A stretch of 50,077 nucleotides of DNA from Reclinomonas americana ATCC 50394 (GCA_048213135.1 PS015397.1:7520-57596), one strand, 5' to 3'; shown: positions 12,338 through 26,378, numbered from the stretch's first letter. Numbers and translations: made by a program. Notes: generated by a model not told the origin, from the letters alone.

Positions 12338-12784
12338 ATGAGCTTCTACGATGGCGACGAAGACGACGACTATGCACGAGTCTCCGGCAGCGCCTTTCGT
12401 CTGTGGAACCATTGCAATGATGAGGAGAGGTGAGAGAGACAACAAAGAGAGAGAGAGTGTGTGTTGGTGTGAGTTGCTCATGAGTGTTTGTGTCTGTGTG
12501 CAGTTGCTGGTGTCATCTGTGCTTCCCAATGTGCACCCCGCATGTGCGATCACGATTGACGGTGAGTTGAGAGAGGGAGAGAGAGAGTGAGTGAGTGAGA
12601 GAAGGAGAGAGAGAGAGTGAGTGAGTGAGTGTGAGTGAGTGAATGAGTGAGTGAGTGAGTGAGTGAGTGTGAGAGTGAGAGAGAAAGCAAGGGAAGTGAC
12701 AGAGAGAAGAATGCGTACAAATGAGTGAGTGTTTGTGCAAGAGAGAGAGAGAGAAAGAGTGTGTGTGTATGTGAGTGAGTGAGT

Positions 12785-12815
<31 letters not shown>

Positions 12816-15800
12816 TGAGAGTGTGAGTTGAGAGGGGCGGGAGTGCCATGATTGACTGGAGTTGGCGTATGAGAGGGAGAGAGTGAGAGAATGTGTGTGT
12901 GAGAGTGTGTGAGTGTGTGTGTGAGAGAGAGAGGTCACCCTTTCACCCCCCGTGTAAGGGCGTGTTCTTGTGGCAGACTGTGAGCGACTGTGCAGCGATA
13001 AAGTGCGTCGCTTGCATTGTGATGAGAGGCTGACGTTGTTGTTGTTTGTGTGTGTGCCCTCCTTTTTTGCAGACGTGTTGCTTCTGCGTGTGCATTCCGC
13101 CATTATATTACGGCTGCTTGACCTTGTTGCGTTGTCCGCCTCTGCGTTGTCTCGCTGGGTCTTTCCCTCGCCTTGGTAATTCAGTCACTGCCAACCTCCC
13201 TCACTCGTTNNNNNNNNNNNNNNNNNNNNNNNNNNNNNNNNNNNNNNNNNNNNNNNNNNNNNNNNNNNNNNNNNNNNNNNNNNNNNNNNNNNNNNNNNNN
13301 NNNNNNNNNNNNNNNNNNNNNNNNNNNNNNNNNNNNNNNNNNNNNNNNNNNNNNNNNNNNNNNNNNNNNNNNNNNNNNNNNNNNNNNNNNNNNNNNNNNN
13401 NNNNNNNNNNNNNNNNNNNNNNNNNNNNNNNNNNNNNNNNNNNNNNNNNNNNNNNNNNNNNNNNNNNNNNNNNNNNNNNNNNNNNNNNNNNNNNNNNNNN
13501 NNNNNNNNNNNNNNNNNNNNNNNNNNNNNNNNNNNNNNNNNNNNNNNNNNNNNNNNNNNNNNNNNNNNNNNNNNNNNNNNNNNNNNNNNNNNNNNNNNNN
13601 NNNNNNNNNNNNNNNNNNNNNNNNNNNNNNNNNNNNNNNNNNNNNNNNNNNNNNNNNNNNNNNNNNNNNNNNNNNNNNNNNNNNNNNNNNNNNNNNNNNN
13701 NNNNNNNNNNNNNNNNNNNNNNNNNNNNNNNNNNNNNNNNNNNNNNNNNNNNNNNNNNNNNNNNNNNNNNNNNNNNNNNNNNNNNNNNNNNNNNNNNNNN
13801 NNNNNNNNNNNNNNNNNNNNNNNNNNNNNNNNNNNNNNNNNNNNNNNNNNNNNGGGAGTGCAAGAGGGATTGAGTGTGTGCAGTGCGGGAGAGAATAAGG
13901 GGGGACAGTGAGTGTCTGAGAGATAGGGAAGAAAGGAGAGATTGACAGAGAGTATGAGGGAGGAGAACAAGAGAAGTGAGAGGAGTGCAAGAGAAGTGAG
14001 AGGAGTGCAAGAGAGAGAGAGAGAGAGAGAGAGAATGAGAGTGGGAAGGGATGGAGAAAGAGAGGCAAGGTGAGAGAGAGGGACTGACTAAGAGTTTGAG
14101 GAAGGGCAAGGGTAGGAGACCGAGAGGCAAGTGAGGGAGTGCAAGAGGGAGTGGTGAGTGAGGGAGGCNNNNNNNNNNNNNNNNNNNNGCGCTTGCCTCT
14201 CGGTCTCTTTCCCTTCCCCTCCCTCATACTCTCAGTCTGTCGCTCCTTCTCTTGAATGCACCGGCACTCACTGTTTCGTCCACTCCTTCCATCACTGACT
14301 GCCTCCCCTCACTCACTCTCTCTCCCCTTGCCTCTCTTTCCATCCTTTCCCAATCTCATTCAGTCACTCCTTCCCTCACTCGCTCGAATGCACGTCTCGT
14401 TCACTTCTTCCATCCCACTCTTATTCCGTCACTCATTTCCTCACTCGCTCACTCGAATGCACTCGCACTCTCAATCTCGTTCACTCCTTCCATCGCAAAC
14501 TTCTCCCTCCCTACTTCCCACTCTCATTCAGTCACTCCTTGCCCACTCACACACTCGATTGCACTTGTCGTCACTTCTTCCTTATTTACTCATTCGTTCA
14601 ATGTACAGTACTCAGTCTCTTCCACTCACTCGATCTCTCCCTCTCTGCCTCCCTCTCTCACCCACAGAGTTGCTGCTCTCGCACACTTTCCCTCCCACTC
14701 CCTCCTCTCTCTCCCTCTCCTTCTTTCTCAGTCTCTCACCCACAAACCTACTGCTCGCCCGCACTTTCCGTTCTTTTCTTCTCTCTCGACCCGCTCACTG
14801 CCTTCTCTCTCTCTCTCTCGCTCTCACTCTCACCCCTTCCCTCCCTTTCCCTCTCTCCCTCTTACCTTTCTCCCTCTCCCTTTCCCTTACGCCCTCCCCC
14901 TTCCCCCTTCCCCTTTTAGTGCCTTTATCAACGCCCACGGCTGCGGCCCCACCTGCTGCTGCTTCTGCCTGGCCTGCGAGTACTCCAAACGAGAGCGCAT
15001 GCGCGAGCGGCTACGCGAGCGCGTGCAGAGGCGCGTGCAACGCCAGCGCGACAATTGCACGGTGCGCGGCGACGAGTGGGTGGCGGAGGAGCGCATGGAG
15101 CGGAGGGAGCGTGCGCGAGCGGAGTTTGAGGCGCAGTGGAGTAGGGCGCCGGTGGCGTCGCACACGTTGCCGGCGGTGGGAGATGGTGGTGAAGGAGGTG
15201 GTGATGATGTTGCGGGGGTGGTGGTGGTGGTGGAGGGTGGGGTGATGAAGGTGAGTCACAAGGGGAAGGGTGGAAAGGGGGAGGAAACGAGAGTGAGGGG
15301 GAGGAAGGAGAGAGAGAGGGGGGAAGGAAAGGAGAGAGAGGGGGAGGGAAGGAGAGAGAGGGGGAGGAAAGGAGAGAGAGGGGGAGAAAAGGAGAGAGGG
15401 GAAATTAAGTGACGCTGGCTGTGACGCGAAGGCAGCTCTGTCAGTCTCTCCCTCTGCTCATTTCTCTCAGTCTCTCTCTCTCTGTTCATCGCTCTCAATC
15501 TCCCGCTGCTCGTCCCTCTCAATCAGGGAAGGGAGAGAGAGAGGGGGGAGAGGAGAGAGAGGAGAAAAGAGTAGGGGAAGGCAGCTCCGTCAGTCTCTCC
15601 CTCTGCTCATTTCTCTCAGTCTCTCTCTCTCTCTCTCTCTCTCTCTGCTCATCGCTCTCAATCTCCCTCTGCTCGTCCCTCTCTGTCTCCCTCTGCTCGT
15701 CACTCTCAGTTTCCCTCTGCTCACCACTGTCAGTCTCACTCTGCTCACCACTCTCAGGCTCCCTCAGCTGATGTCTCTCATCCTCCCTCTGCTGGTTCCT

Positions 15801-16639
15801 CTCAATCTCCCGCTGCTCTTCCCTCTCAATCTCCTTCTGATTGTCATTATCAGTCTCCTCTGCGCGTCTCCCTTTCTCTCTTCCTGCTCGTCTCTCACTC
15901 TCCCTCTGCTCACCACTCTCTCAGTCCCCCTCTTGTTCGTCTCTGAGAGAGACTGAAACTCATGAGCAGATGAAGATTGAGAGAGTTGAGCAGTCTCCCT
16001 CTTCAGTTTTCTCTCAGTCTTCCCCGCCTCGTGTATCACTTTCGCCGTCTGCTCGTTCCTCTCTGTTTCCATCAGCTCCTCTCCCTCAGCCTCCCGCTGC
16101 TCTCCACTCTCTGTTCATCTCTCTATCTCTGCCCCCCTCTGCTCGTCTCTCTCAGTGTCCTCGTCTCTCACTCTCCCTTTGCGAGAGACAAGCAGAGAGA
16201 GTCACTGCTCGTCTCTCTGTCCCCCTCTCCCTCAGACTCCCTCTGCTCACCACTCTCAGTCTCCCTCTGCTCTTCCCTCTCAATATCCTTCTGGCTGTTT
16301 TTCTCAGTCTCCCTATGCTCACCACTCTCAATCTCCCTCTGCTCTTCCCTCTCTATCTCCCTGCTTCTTTCTTTATCTCCCTGCTCGTCCCTCTCTGTCT
16401 CCCTCAGTTCGTCACTCTCAGTCTTTCTCTCAGAGAGATGGAGACAAAGAAGCAGGACAAAACTTACACCCACACACACATAAAGAGAGAGAGAGAGAGA
16501 TAGAGAGAGAGCTAGGCGCTCAGAAAGCAAAAGGAAAAAGAGTTCGCGCCGCTGGCAAACACAAATCTAGAAAGTCCGCATGATTGAATCCGAGAAAGAC
16601 AACTTGCAGATCTGTCGCTCATGGGCGATAGGTCGCTGG

Positions 16640-16679
<40 letters not shown>

Positions 16680-16954
16680 NNNNNNNNNNNNNNNNNNNNN
16701 NNNNNNNNNNNNNNNNTAGTAGTGCGGGGAGTGGCAGCGGGAGTGGGTACGACGGGTTGTGGAGGAGGAATTCGGGGTATGTGTTGCCGCCGCCACCGGC
16801 CTTGTCGTCGGCGGCGCCGGTGGGGATGAGCGGGGCGGTGGAGGGGGAGGAGGTAGAAGGGGAAGAGAGGAGGAGTGGGAGGCGGTTTGTGCCGCCGTAT
16901 CCGCCGCCGCCTTCGGATTTTGATGATTTTGATGATTTGTCGGATGTAAGGTGA
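12338..16954 (+). CDS. Probable multi-exon hypothetical Cys-rich protein (model incomplete, spans gaps)
   Basis: Coding-like islands between microsatellites: MSFYDGDEDDDYARVSG (12338-12429), CWCHLCFPMCTP (about 12504-12561), TCCFCVCIPPLYYGC (about 13073-13175), GCGPTCCCFCLACEYSKRER (14920-15250), PPYPPPPSDFDDFDDLSDVR* (to 16954). Not all phases could be reconciled. Confidence 0.4.
15420..16435. repeat. Degenerate intronic minisatellite (about 24-bp TCTCAGTCTCCCTCTGCTC unit)
   Basis: Many degenerate tandem copies; produces the spurious SLSVSLCS ORFs. Confidence 0.75.
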
Positions 16955-17084
16955 TGATGGGTGAAGGGGGATATTAGGGGAAGGTGGGAGGGGGGAAAGG
17001 GGGAGGGGGAAGGGAGAAGGGGGAAAGGGAGAAGGGGGAAGGGGGAAGGAGAAGGGGGGAGTGTGGGTGTAGTTTGCGGTGATG

Positions 17085-17960
17085 ACAAGAGGGCGCGTGG
17101 ACGGGAAAAAGGGAGGAGAACCACAGCGCTGTGCAACGGAGACAGCAAGGCGCGTGCTTCACTCTTGAGATTTCAAAGAAGGAAAGACTCAGGTGTAGCA
17201 CTATCTCACTCCGTTGTCTCGTTCTTTCTTCTCCTTCCACCTTCTCTTCTTGTCACAGACGATCTCGATCGCAAACGGAGGATCTTTTTGTAGCTCTGTT
17301 TATTGTCCTCTCGCTGTGTGACTCTTCTCTCTATTTCTCTTCTCCCTCTCACCGGGTGGTGACGAGAGGGAGGGCCGTGGCATCAAACGATCTCGCGACA
17401 GATCGCCAACGAACGAGAATTTCTTTTGTGAAAATAAGGCAGCAGAAAAGAGGTGATTTTGCTGGCAGAGGTTAGGATGGAAAGGCGACGGCGGAAAAGG
17501 GAGGAGATCCGCACTGTCGTGGGGGAGAGAAGGCAATGCGCGTGCTTCATTCTGGAGATATCGAAAGAGGAGGGTGATTGTGCACGTGGGGAGAACGACA
17601 TGTGGATGTGTGGAAGGGCAAAGGGATAAAGGAGGAGAACCACAGCGCTGTGCAAGAGAGACAGTAACGAGCGTATTTCTTTCATGAGATACCAAAGAGG
17701 ACGGTGACTTGCTCGTGGAGGGAACGACATGAGGATGTGTGGAAGGGCAAAGGGCAAGGGGAAAAGGGAGGAGAACCACAGCGTTGTGCAAGAGAGACAG
17801 CAAGGCGCGTGCTTCACTCTTGAGATTTCAAAGAAGAAACGACGAGAGGGTGTGTGGACGGGAAAGGGGAAGGGGGAGGGTGAAAAGAGGACGAGAGAAA
17901 AGGCAACGCGTGTGTCGCATACAGGAGATATCAAAGAGGAAGGTGATTGTGCACGTTTAG
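17085..17960. repeat. Degenerate direct repeat array (unit roughly 140-200 bp)
   Basis: AAAGGGAGGAGAACCACAGCG(C/T)TGTGCAA..GAGACAGCAAGGCGCGTGCTTCACTCTTGAGATTTCAAAGAAG recurs near 17108, 17496, 17628 and 17762. Confidence 0.7.
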
Positions 17961-18049
17961 AGGTTGCCGTGGAAGGTTGACGCAAGTCGCGAAAGTCATC
18001 TCTACAACAAGGGAGCGGAAAGGCGACTCGTTCAGGTGTCGGTGATGAC

Positions 18050-18086
<37 letters not shown>

Positions 18087-18766
18087 GAGAGAGAGAGAGA
18101 GATATCGACNNNNNNNNNNNNNNNNNNNNNNNNNNNNNNNNNNNNNNNNNNNNNNNNNNNNNNNNNNNNNNNNNNNNNNNNNNNNNNNNNNNNNNNNNNN
18201 NNNNNNNNNNNNNNNNNNNNNNNNNNNNNNNNNNNNNNNNNNNNNNNNNNNNNNNNNNNNNNNNNNNNNNNNNNNNNNNNNNNNNNNNNNNNNNNNNNNN
18301 NNNNNNNNNNNNNNNNNNNNNNNNNNNNNNNNNNNNNNNNNNNNNNNNNNNNNNNNNNNNNNNNNNNNNNNGAATAGGGGAGGAGAGAGAGAGAGAGAGA
18401 GGAGAAACAAAGAAGACAGACCGAGAGGAGAGAAATAGGAGAGAGAAAGAAGACAGAGGGAGAGGAGACACAGAGCGAGAAGAGAGAAATGGGAGAGAGA
18501 GAAAGCGGAGAGAGAGAGAGATAGAGATAGAGGGAGGTATAACGAATGAAGGGAACCGAGAGAGAAGGTAGCGGTGCGTCTCTGCAGTGTAGGAGACAGA
18601 TGGAGGGCTCGGAGGAGATGGGGTAAGGGCGAGTCGAGAGATGGAGAAGTGAGAACGGCTGTAGTTGAAAAAAACGAACACAGAGAGGAACAGGATAGCA
18701 CTAAGAGAGATGAACAGAGCAGAAAACATGAGAGTAATCTCTTTAGATTCTCATCCCCTCCCTCAC

Positions 18767-21183
18767 CGTCAATCTTATTGGCCACCACGAGACACGGGAT
18801 CGCTTTCCGGTACTCTTGCAACTCCGCGTACCACCGGTCAAGGTTCTTGTAGGTCACCTTTCTTGTGGTGTCGAATACCTGTACAGGGGGAGTGGTGAGG
18901 CAAGCGGTGGGATAACAAAGGGCAGGGTGGCTGTGGCGTACCAGGATGCAGGCGTTGGCGCGGTGATAGTAGGATGGGTGCAGGCTGTTGAAGCGCTCCT
19001 GTCCTGCGGTGTCCCAGATGCCTGGAGGGAGGGGGAAGGGGCAAAGGGGGAAAGGGTGAGAAGGGTATGAGGGGAAGGGGGGGCGGGGAAGGGGGGGGGG
19101 GAGGGAGGAGGGGGGAAGAGTAAGAGGGGAAGGGGAAAGGGAAGAGGGGGGAAGGAGAGGGAAGACATGTGGGAGTAAAGAAGGAAGCAGAATGAGGGGG
19201 AATGGGGGAGAACGAGAAACGCAGGAGGGAAGATTACAGAAGACGATAGGGGGGAGCACAAGGGGAGCACACGGGGAACACAGGGAGAACAAGAGAGGAA
19301 CACAAGGGGAATCACAAGGCGAAGGGAATACGAGGGGAACACAGGGAGAACACGAGGGGAACACGAGGGGAACACAAGGGGNNNNNNNNNNNNNNNNNNN
19401 NNNNNNNNNNNNNNNNNNNNNNNNNNNNNNNNNNNNNNNNNNNNNNNNNNNNNNNNNNNNNNNNNNNNNNNNNNNNNNNNNNNNNNNNNNNNNNNNNNNN
19501 NNNNNNNNNNNNNNNNNNNNNNNNNNNNNNNNNNNNAAGGACAGGAAGGAAACTCTCCAAGCGCTCACCAACAGGTACTTTCTCTCCATCAATGTCGGCC
19601 TCGTACTGGAACAACGTGAGAGCGTATGTGGATTGCCGTTGTGGTTGACTGCGGTGGAGAGAGTGAGACGAGCGGCGGTCAAGGACAGGAGAGAGAGAGA
19701 GAGGCGCAACTAGTTGTCCATGAGGAAGCGCTCGACGAGCTTTGACTTGCCGACGGCGCTGTCGCCGCTGTGGTGGGTGGTGAGGGTGAGCGGCGAAGGG
19801 AAGGGAAGACGGGGAGGGAGGAGACAGGGGAAGGGAAGGGCAGTGAGGGAGGAGAGAAAGACAAGTATGTAAGTGAGTACGTCATCGAAGATGAATGAGT
19901 GAGTGGTCAGCTGAGTGCTTCCGTCTCTCGCAGACACACTCGTCTCACATACACTCGACAAGGAGAAAACACACGACAGACGTCATAGTCGCGCTCATAC
20001 ACACAGAGAGAGACGAATGACACTCACATACTTGCATCTCTTCTCTCTCACTCACTCTCTCACCGAGAGCGCGAATTCGTGTGAGTGAGAGAGAGAAAAC
20101 ACACACACATTCACACACTTGTCTCTCTCACACACATGAGCACCCTCTTATACACACTCTCTCGCACAGAGAGAGAGAGAGACAAATATTCGCACACTTG
20201 TCTCTCTCTTTTGTCTTTCTCACACACACACATCAACACTCTTGTCCCTCTCTTACACACTCTCTTACAGACACACACACACACGCACAGTGAGAGAGAG
20301 ACACACATACAATCACATTCACACTTGTCTCTTACACTTGTCTCTCTCTCTCTCTCACACTTGTCTCTCTCCCCTCTCCCTCTCTNNNNNNNNNNNNNNN
20401 NNNNNNNNNNNNNNNNNNNNNNNNNNNNNNNNNNNNNNNNNNNNNNNNNNNNNNNNNNNNNNNNNNNNNNNNNNNNNNNNNNNNNNNNNNNNNNNNNNNN
20501 NNNNNNNNNNNNNNNNNNNNNNNNNNNNNNNNNNNNNNNNNNNNNNNNNNNNNNNNNNNNNNNNNNNNNNNNNNNNNNNNNNNNNNNNNNNNNNNNNNNN
20601 NNNNNNNNNNNNNNNNNNNNNNNNNNNNNNNNNNNNNNNNNNNNNNNNNNNNNNNNNNNNNNNNNNNNNNNNNNNNNNNNNNNNNNNNNNNNNNNNNNNN
20701 NNNNNNNNNNNNNNNNNNNNNNNNNNNNNNNNNNNNNNNNNNNNNNNNNNNNNNNNNNNNNNNNNNNNNNNNNNNNNNNNNNNNNNNNNNNNNNNNNNNN
20801 NNNNNNNNNNNNNNNCTCCTCCTCTCTCTCTCTCACACACACACACACACCACCACACACACACTACTAACAACACATACTACACTACTCACGTACGTCT
20901 CTCACACTACCTCTCTCCTTCCTCTCCTCCCTCCTCCCTCCCCTCCCTCCCTCCTCTCCTCCCTCCTCCTCCCTCCTCTCTCTCTCTCTCTCCCTCCTCT
21001 CTCTCTCCCTCCCTCCCCTTCACTCTCCCTCTGACGCAACAGCAAAATGATCTTGATCTCATCCTTGTGACTCTCATTCAGCTCGTCGCCTTCATCATCG
21101 CCCACTGCTGGCGCTGCTGCTGCTGCTGCGGCTGCTGATGATGATCGAGCGGGAGGTGGTGGTGCGCGAGAGGAAGACGCCAT
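18767..21183 (-). CDS. RABL2: RABL2-like small GTPase (3' exons not visible, probably in a gap)
   Basis: Spliced product KIILLGDSAVGKSKLVERFLMDNYQPQRQSTYALTLF...IWDTAGQERFNSLHPSYYHRANACILVFDTTRKVTYKNLDRWYAELQEYRKAIPCLVVANKID, which is the RABL2 signature. Confidence 0.9.
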
Positions 21184-22224
21184 TGTTGATTTGCGTGAAA
21201 GGGCAAATGTGAAACGGTCAGTTTGCGTTGTGCGGGACAAGTGATTGTTCGATATTGTGCGTTGGAGACTCTGATGTGTGCAGTTCACGTTTTGCAAATG
21301 AGCTTGCTTGCCTGCAGTAACCCAATACCATCGTCAACAAGCTTTCTTCCGTAGCGATGGCTCCTGATCGTTCTACTCCAGAAACCTCAGTATGTCTAAC
21401 AACAACTATCACATGCATTTGAGGGCAGCTGCAGTTGTTGAAGTCGTGACATGGCGAAACATGCGCATGGTGAAACTGCTTGGAGAAGTTTATGGTAGTT
21501 TGTGCCTTAGTCACTGTCGGCAAGGGATTTGTGGGCGTTTATCGTATTATTGGAATGTGGTGAATTCGAATGAAGTGTTTTTCTAAACGTCGGACGGTTT
21601 GGACGCACTTGGCAGAGTATGCCGTGTGTCCTGAATAGGGCTTTATTCTCAACATCGACAACACACTTAAAACAGTTTTAGTTGTAGAAGGAAAGCACAC
21701 GAGACTTGTTGGCGATCACTGGTAGATGCTCATTGTTGTGTATGGATCAGTGACGTTTCTATTATTATTCGCTGCCACAGTGTTGAATTCGAACAACAAC
21801 AACAACTACTTTACTAATCCAAACAGCAACAGCTGCATGATGATCACCATCTTGAGTGAGCACCAGAAACTCAGACATCACGGGAACACTGAGAGAAAGT
21901 CGAGATGGCTAAGGCTGGCGTTTCTGCAAGACAAACCACGGCTCATGACAAGCATGGATTTGACGCCGAATTTCACGAAGGAAATGAGAAAAATAGCAAG
22001 AGGTGTTGGTACCGGTGTCAGAACACATGAGGAAAAACAACAAATCAGGTTTATGGCATGTGAGTGAGGAGCAACAGATTCTACGAAACAATTGCATGAT
22101 CTAGAGAGATGAACACTGCCGACTGCTCATTGGCCTCTTCGTTTGATCCTTTCCAAAGAACTGCTCGAATCAAGATATGATAGTCTACCCTGTATAGTCA
22201 CGGTGTTGCCTGAGAGGTTTCGCT

Positions 22225-22712
22225 TCAAAGTTCCAGCGTGAACTGCCCGCACGCCTCGCGGAGTGCACGCATCACATCGAGCACCGGTACCTCCTGCGCC
22301 GTCGGTCGATCACGCCGCATGCTCATGCACCGCATGCCAAGCTCAAACATCGGTTCAGCGATGCGCGGAGTCCACTCAGCTCCACGATCGACCAAATCCA
22401 TGACGCGCAGGGAAGCAGCAGACCTTTCCCACGCCACGGACCAATCCACCACCGTGGCCACGGGTTTGGCGGCGACCAGCTGCACCAGCACAATGCCCAC
22501 GCTGTACACATCGTGCTCTGGATCCGGAAGTCTCACTCGCATCGCCAGTGGGTCCATGTAGTCCAGCGTGCCGGTGGCGGTTGTCGTCTGCAACATGAGA
22601 AAAAGTGAGAGGGTGCGGAAAGAGAGAGGAGAAAAGGGAACCAAGCAGACCTTGCCATCAGCAATCGACCGCGCAATGACAATGTCACCGAGACACGGCT
22701 CGAATCGGTGAT
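22225..22712 (-). pseudogene. Orphan 3' fragment of a type-A (Pelle-like) kinase gene
   Basis: DHRFEPCLGDIVIARSIADGK, retained intron, then TTTATGTLDYMDPLAM...ACGQFTLEL*. DFG is changed to DIV, everything upstream including HRD is missing, and there is a 2-aa insertion (EVPVL). Confidence 0.8.
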
Positions 22713-22783
22713 CGCCAATGGGTCCACAGGTGAGTTGTCTCACTGCACCACCGGCCACCTCCACTCCTTTCAGCTGCCACGCA

Positions 22784-25700
22784 CTATACCGGTCCAGCAG
22801 CGACCGCGCCAACTCCTCCTCCTCCTCCTCCAACTGGTGGCACTCTCCATCCCACCCCCGCCGCCTCACACCAACGCTTCAATTCGTCGTGCACATACGA
22901 CGCTGACACTCGCGTCGCTTGTGGCCTCTGCATCACAGGCACAATGAGCCCTCGCCTCGTTCTCTCTCCCCATCCAATCTTCATCTATTTCCCACTACGC
23001 AACCCAGCATTGCCGAATCAGACTGCGAATGTCCTCCGGCACAGCTGCTCGCACACTCTCCTCATCGAGATCGCCAGGCAAGACTCCGTCATTCATGCGA
23101 CGCATAATGGCTGGCAGCGTTACCCCACTGAACGGCTCTCGGCGAGTGGTGACGAGCCAGAGCAAGGATCCAAGTCCATATACGTCTGCTCGTTCATCGT
23201 ACTGCGAATGACCGCAGAGCATGAGAGTCAACTAATTGCGTCGAGTGAGAGAAGGTCAGCAACGAACTTCCTGGTCCAACATAGCCTCCGGTGCAGCATA
23301 CGCCGCCGTGCCATGGTTCGATTGCATCTTGCCGAGAGTACCATGAATCTTGGCCTCGCCAAAATCGCACACCTTAGCCACCAGGCGGTCCTCGCTAATG
23401 ACAATATCTGCGAGTATTGGGAGAGACAACGCGATCAGTCAACTAGAGCCAACAAGATATCCTCTTAAGTCCGCTCGCCGAATGACCGAAACATTCTCTC
23501 ATCGCGAAATGAAAGACGGGGAGAAGAGGGGTGGACTACAGGCCGTCTCCTCCCCCCTCGCTCATCTTCTGATATCTATCGCTCTAATTTCGTGTCTCAC
23601 TCTACCCTTCATTGGCGCAGCCACGCCAGCAATAGCATTCTTGCTGCCTGTCACTCTGAAAGACGCAACTCTGCGGCTTGAGATCACGGTGCACCACTCG
23701 ACGCGAGTGCATGTGAAGCACCGCCGATGTGACTTGAAGCAGCAGATTAAGAAGGTGCTGAGTTGTCACACGCCCATCCTTCACCAAGTCGTGCAGCGTC
23801 TCGGCGTTGCCCTCTTCGTCTTCTTGACCGACGTATTCGAGAACAAGACCGAGACCGCTCCGATCATCGCTGCACACGGCCGTCAGTTTCACAATGTGTG
23901 GATGGCTGTATGTGTGGAGAAAAATGAGTAGATGCATTCATCCGGGGAAAGCGCTTCACGAATTTACGCAACTCGAGCTGCATCAGCAGCGAGTGCTCAT
24001 TCTCGAAGCTCTCACGAACACAGATGCAGTCCTCAGAATTCCTGATCAAGTATCGCTTATATGCAACCGTGTGCACCACACCGCCGAGGCAGAGAGTCGC
24101 ACGGAAAACAGCGTTCTGGCCTGTGCAGTAGACGGCAGCGATGAGTTGCTGTTTGACTCTGTTATTAGAAAACAAGCTGCGGCTCAAACCAATGGCCAGC
24201 TGCCTCGAAGTGGCAACATCAGAGAAATGCACAACAGGTGCACGTATGGAAAATCTCGCTGCCCTCTCCGTCATTAACTCTGCCGTAACATTGATGCGGC
24301 TCACATCTGTGCCGAAATTTGAGTTCCACAGAATAGAGACATCTTGCGTCAAGTGTTGACGCAACTCTCGTATGCTTGGAACAGCAGACGGGTGCTCTCA
24401 TGCTGGCCGTCGGGGAATAGCGTGTGGAGCGAGTCACGAACCAGCCGCATAATGCTTACATATTCTGCGTCTTCGAGTGTGGACAGACGGGCCAGATGAG
24501 ACATCCGGTGGCGCACGTCTCGCAAGTTCTCCACAGCGCGAATCTACAAAGCAGACGATAAAGTGAGAAACATGGGGGCGGACGCACAGCAAACAGGACA
24601 CACCTTTGCATCGTCAGCAAGCAGGTGTACTGCCAGTCGATCTCCGTTCGTGACAGGGTCCAGACGCACCCGACTCTCCAGCAGATCATCATCACGGCAA
24701 GCGTCGGCAGGAACAAACGATGTGTACAACAGAAGTGTGCTCAGCAGCGACACGTCCATGTCCGTGGTCATTCCACTCTGCTTAAACTCATGAATTGACT
24801 CGTAGTTGGAAGGGAATAACTCGACGGAGCGCATGCGAATGTTGCCACGCTTGTCCAGAGTCATCCGACAATACCTGTGAAGCAGATTAGCAAGAAGGGA
24901 ATATAGTACACACAGGCTATCTCTCTTTCAGCACCTCGGTGGTGGAGCTGGAAGACAGAGCTGCTCAATGTCGAATTCGGCAGGGAAGAACTCTTCGATG
25001 AGATCTTGCAAAAGCGAGCTGAGAGCCAGTGGGATGACCTCGTGCACGACTTCAGTGAGCATCAAAATGGGACGGCGGTCGCTGTGCATTCGATAGAGTG
25101 AGGAAAGAAAGTCGCCCACTGGAGTCAATGCAATTGTCACTTGAAACCTGAGAAAGTCCATGTGGAAGAGAGCGCGCAGCTGGCCCTCCATCTCTTCTAC
25201 CCGTTGTCGCAACTCATCGCGTTCGGCAGTGGCTGCGCTCGCCTGCAAGCGACAAAAGTTGCAGTCGGCGGTGGCTGCCGACAACTCGAGAGCCAATTGC
25301 TTGTGATCCGCGGCCAGCACGTCGTTGGCTCGTTGGGCAGCCAACAAGTCTTCAGTGAGTTGTCGACGGTCGGCTGACATAGCCTTGACCTTTGCTTGCG
25401 ATGCAGCCAGATTCTCGGCGAGTCGGTCACGCTCCGCAGTGACTGCACCAATTATACTAGAAGACTTGTTGGCTGCGCCCATGTGGAAAAATTGGTCGAC
25501 GCATAGCGAGTGAGCGACTGGCATGAAAAAGTAGACAAACAGGGTAAGACAGGCGACAACCAGAAACACAAACCTTGAACGAGGAGGACATTCTGTCGCA
25601 GCTGAGCGATGACACGGTCTTGCTCCTCAAGCTGATGTTGTGCAACGGACAATTGATTGGCGAGATCGTCAACGTCCCGCCGAGCAGCAGCGAGCTGGAC

Positions 25701-26321
25701 AGTAAGTCGATCGCGCTCGGCTTGCACCGCAATTTGCACCTGCTGCAGTTCAGCGTTGGCGGATTCCAATTGCGCGTTCTTGTGCTGCTCCCTCGCGAGA
25801 GCTCCTTGCCATCCCGCAATGGTCTCCTGCGATTGCGCATTCGCCCGCTGCTCTTCGTCTCTACCGCGATGGAGTTCTGCCACCACGCGCTGAATTCGGG
25901 CATTGTCTTGCTGCAGGTCCGAGTTCGCCCGCATCAACTGAACGACATGCTGCTGGGTTTCTGTGTGCGCCTGTTGCAGCTCCGCATGGGCTTGCTGCAG
26001 TTGCGCAAAAGTGCCGTCGTGCTCTAGCCGCAGCCGATCCCGCTCAAGTTGCTGTAGCTCATGCTCCTGCTGTGCTGAAGGAAGATTGTGTTGGAGCTCG
26101 GCAATGAGAGCGTCCTTGTCGATGACCTGACCAGCCACAATAGTGGCATCGTCAGACGACTGTATTTGCGCAGGGGCCAAGAAGGTGAGGAAGCAAGAGA
26201 GCACATGCGAGCAATGCCATATCGTACCTGACGTACTGGTGCTGCGATTATGAACGAACACACACACACACACATGGACACAAACGCACACAAACACAGA
26301 GAGAGAGAGAGAAAGAGAGAC

Positions 26322-26378
<57 letters not shown>

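Noticed and set aside
13046-14227. Long ORFs spanning N runs (also near 17383, 20085, 28678, 38365, 42394)
   Set aside because: Artifacts of assembly gaps.
21392-22097. Short ORFs between RABL2 and the kinase remnant
   Set aside because: Lower GC content, no motifs and no paralog support.
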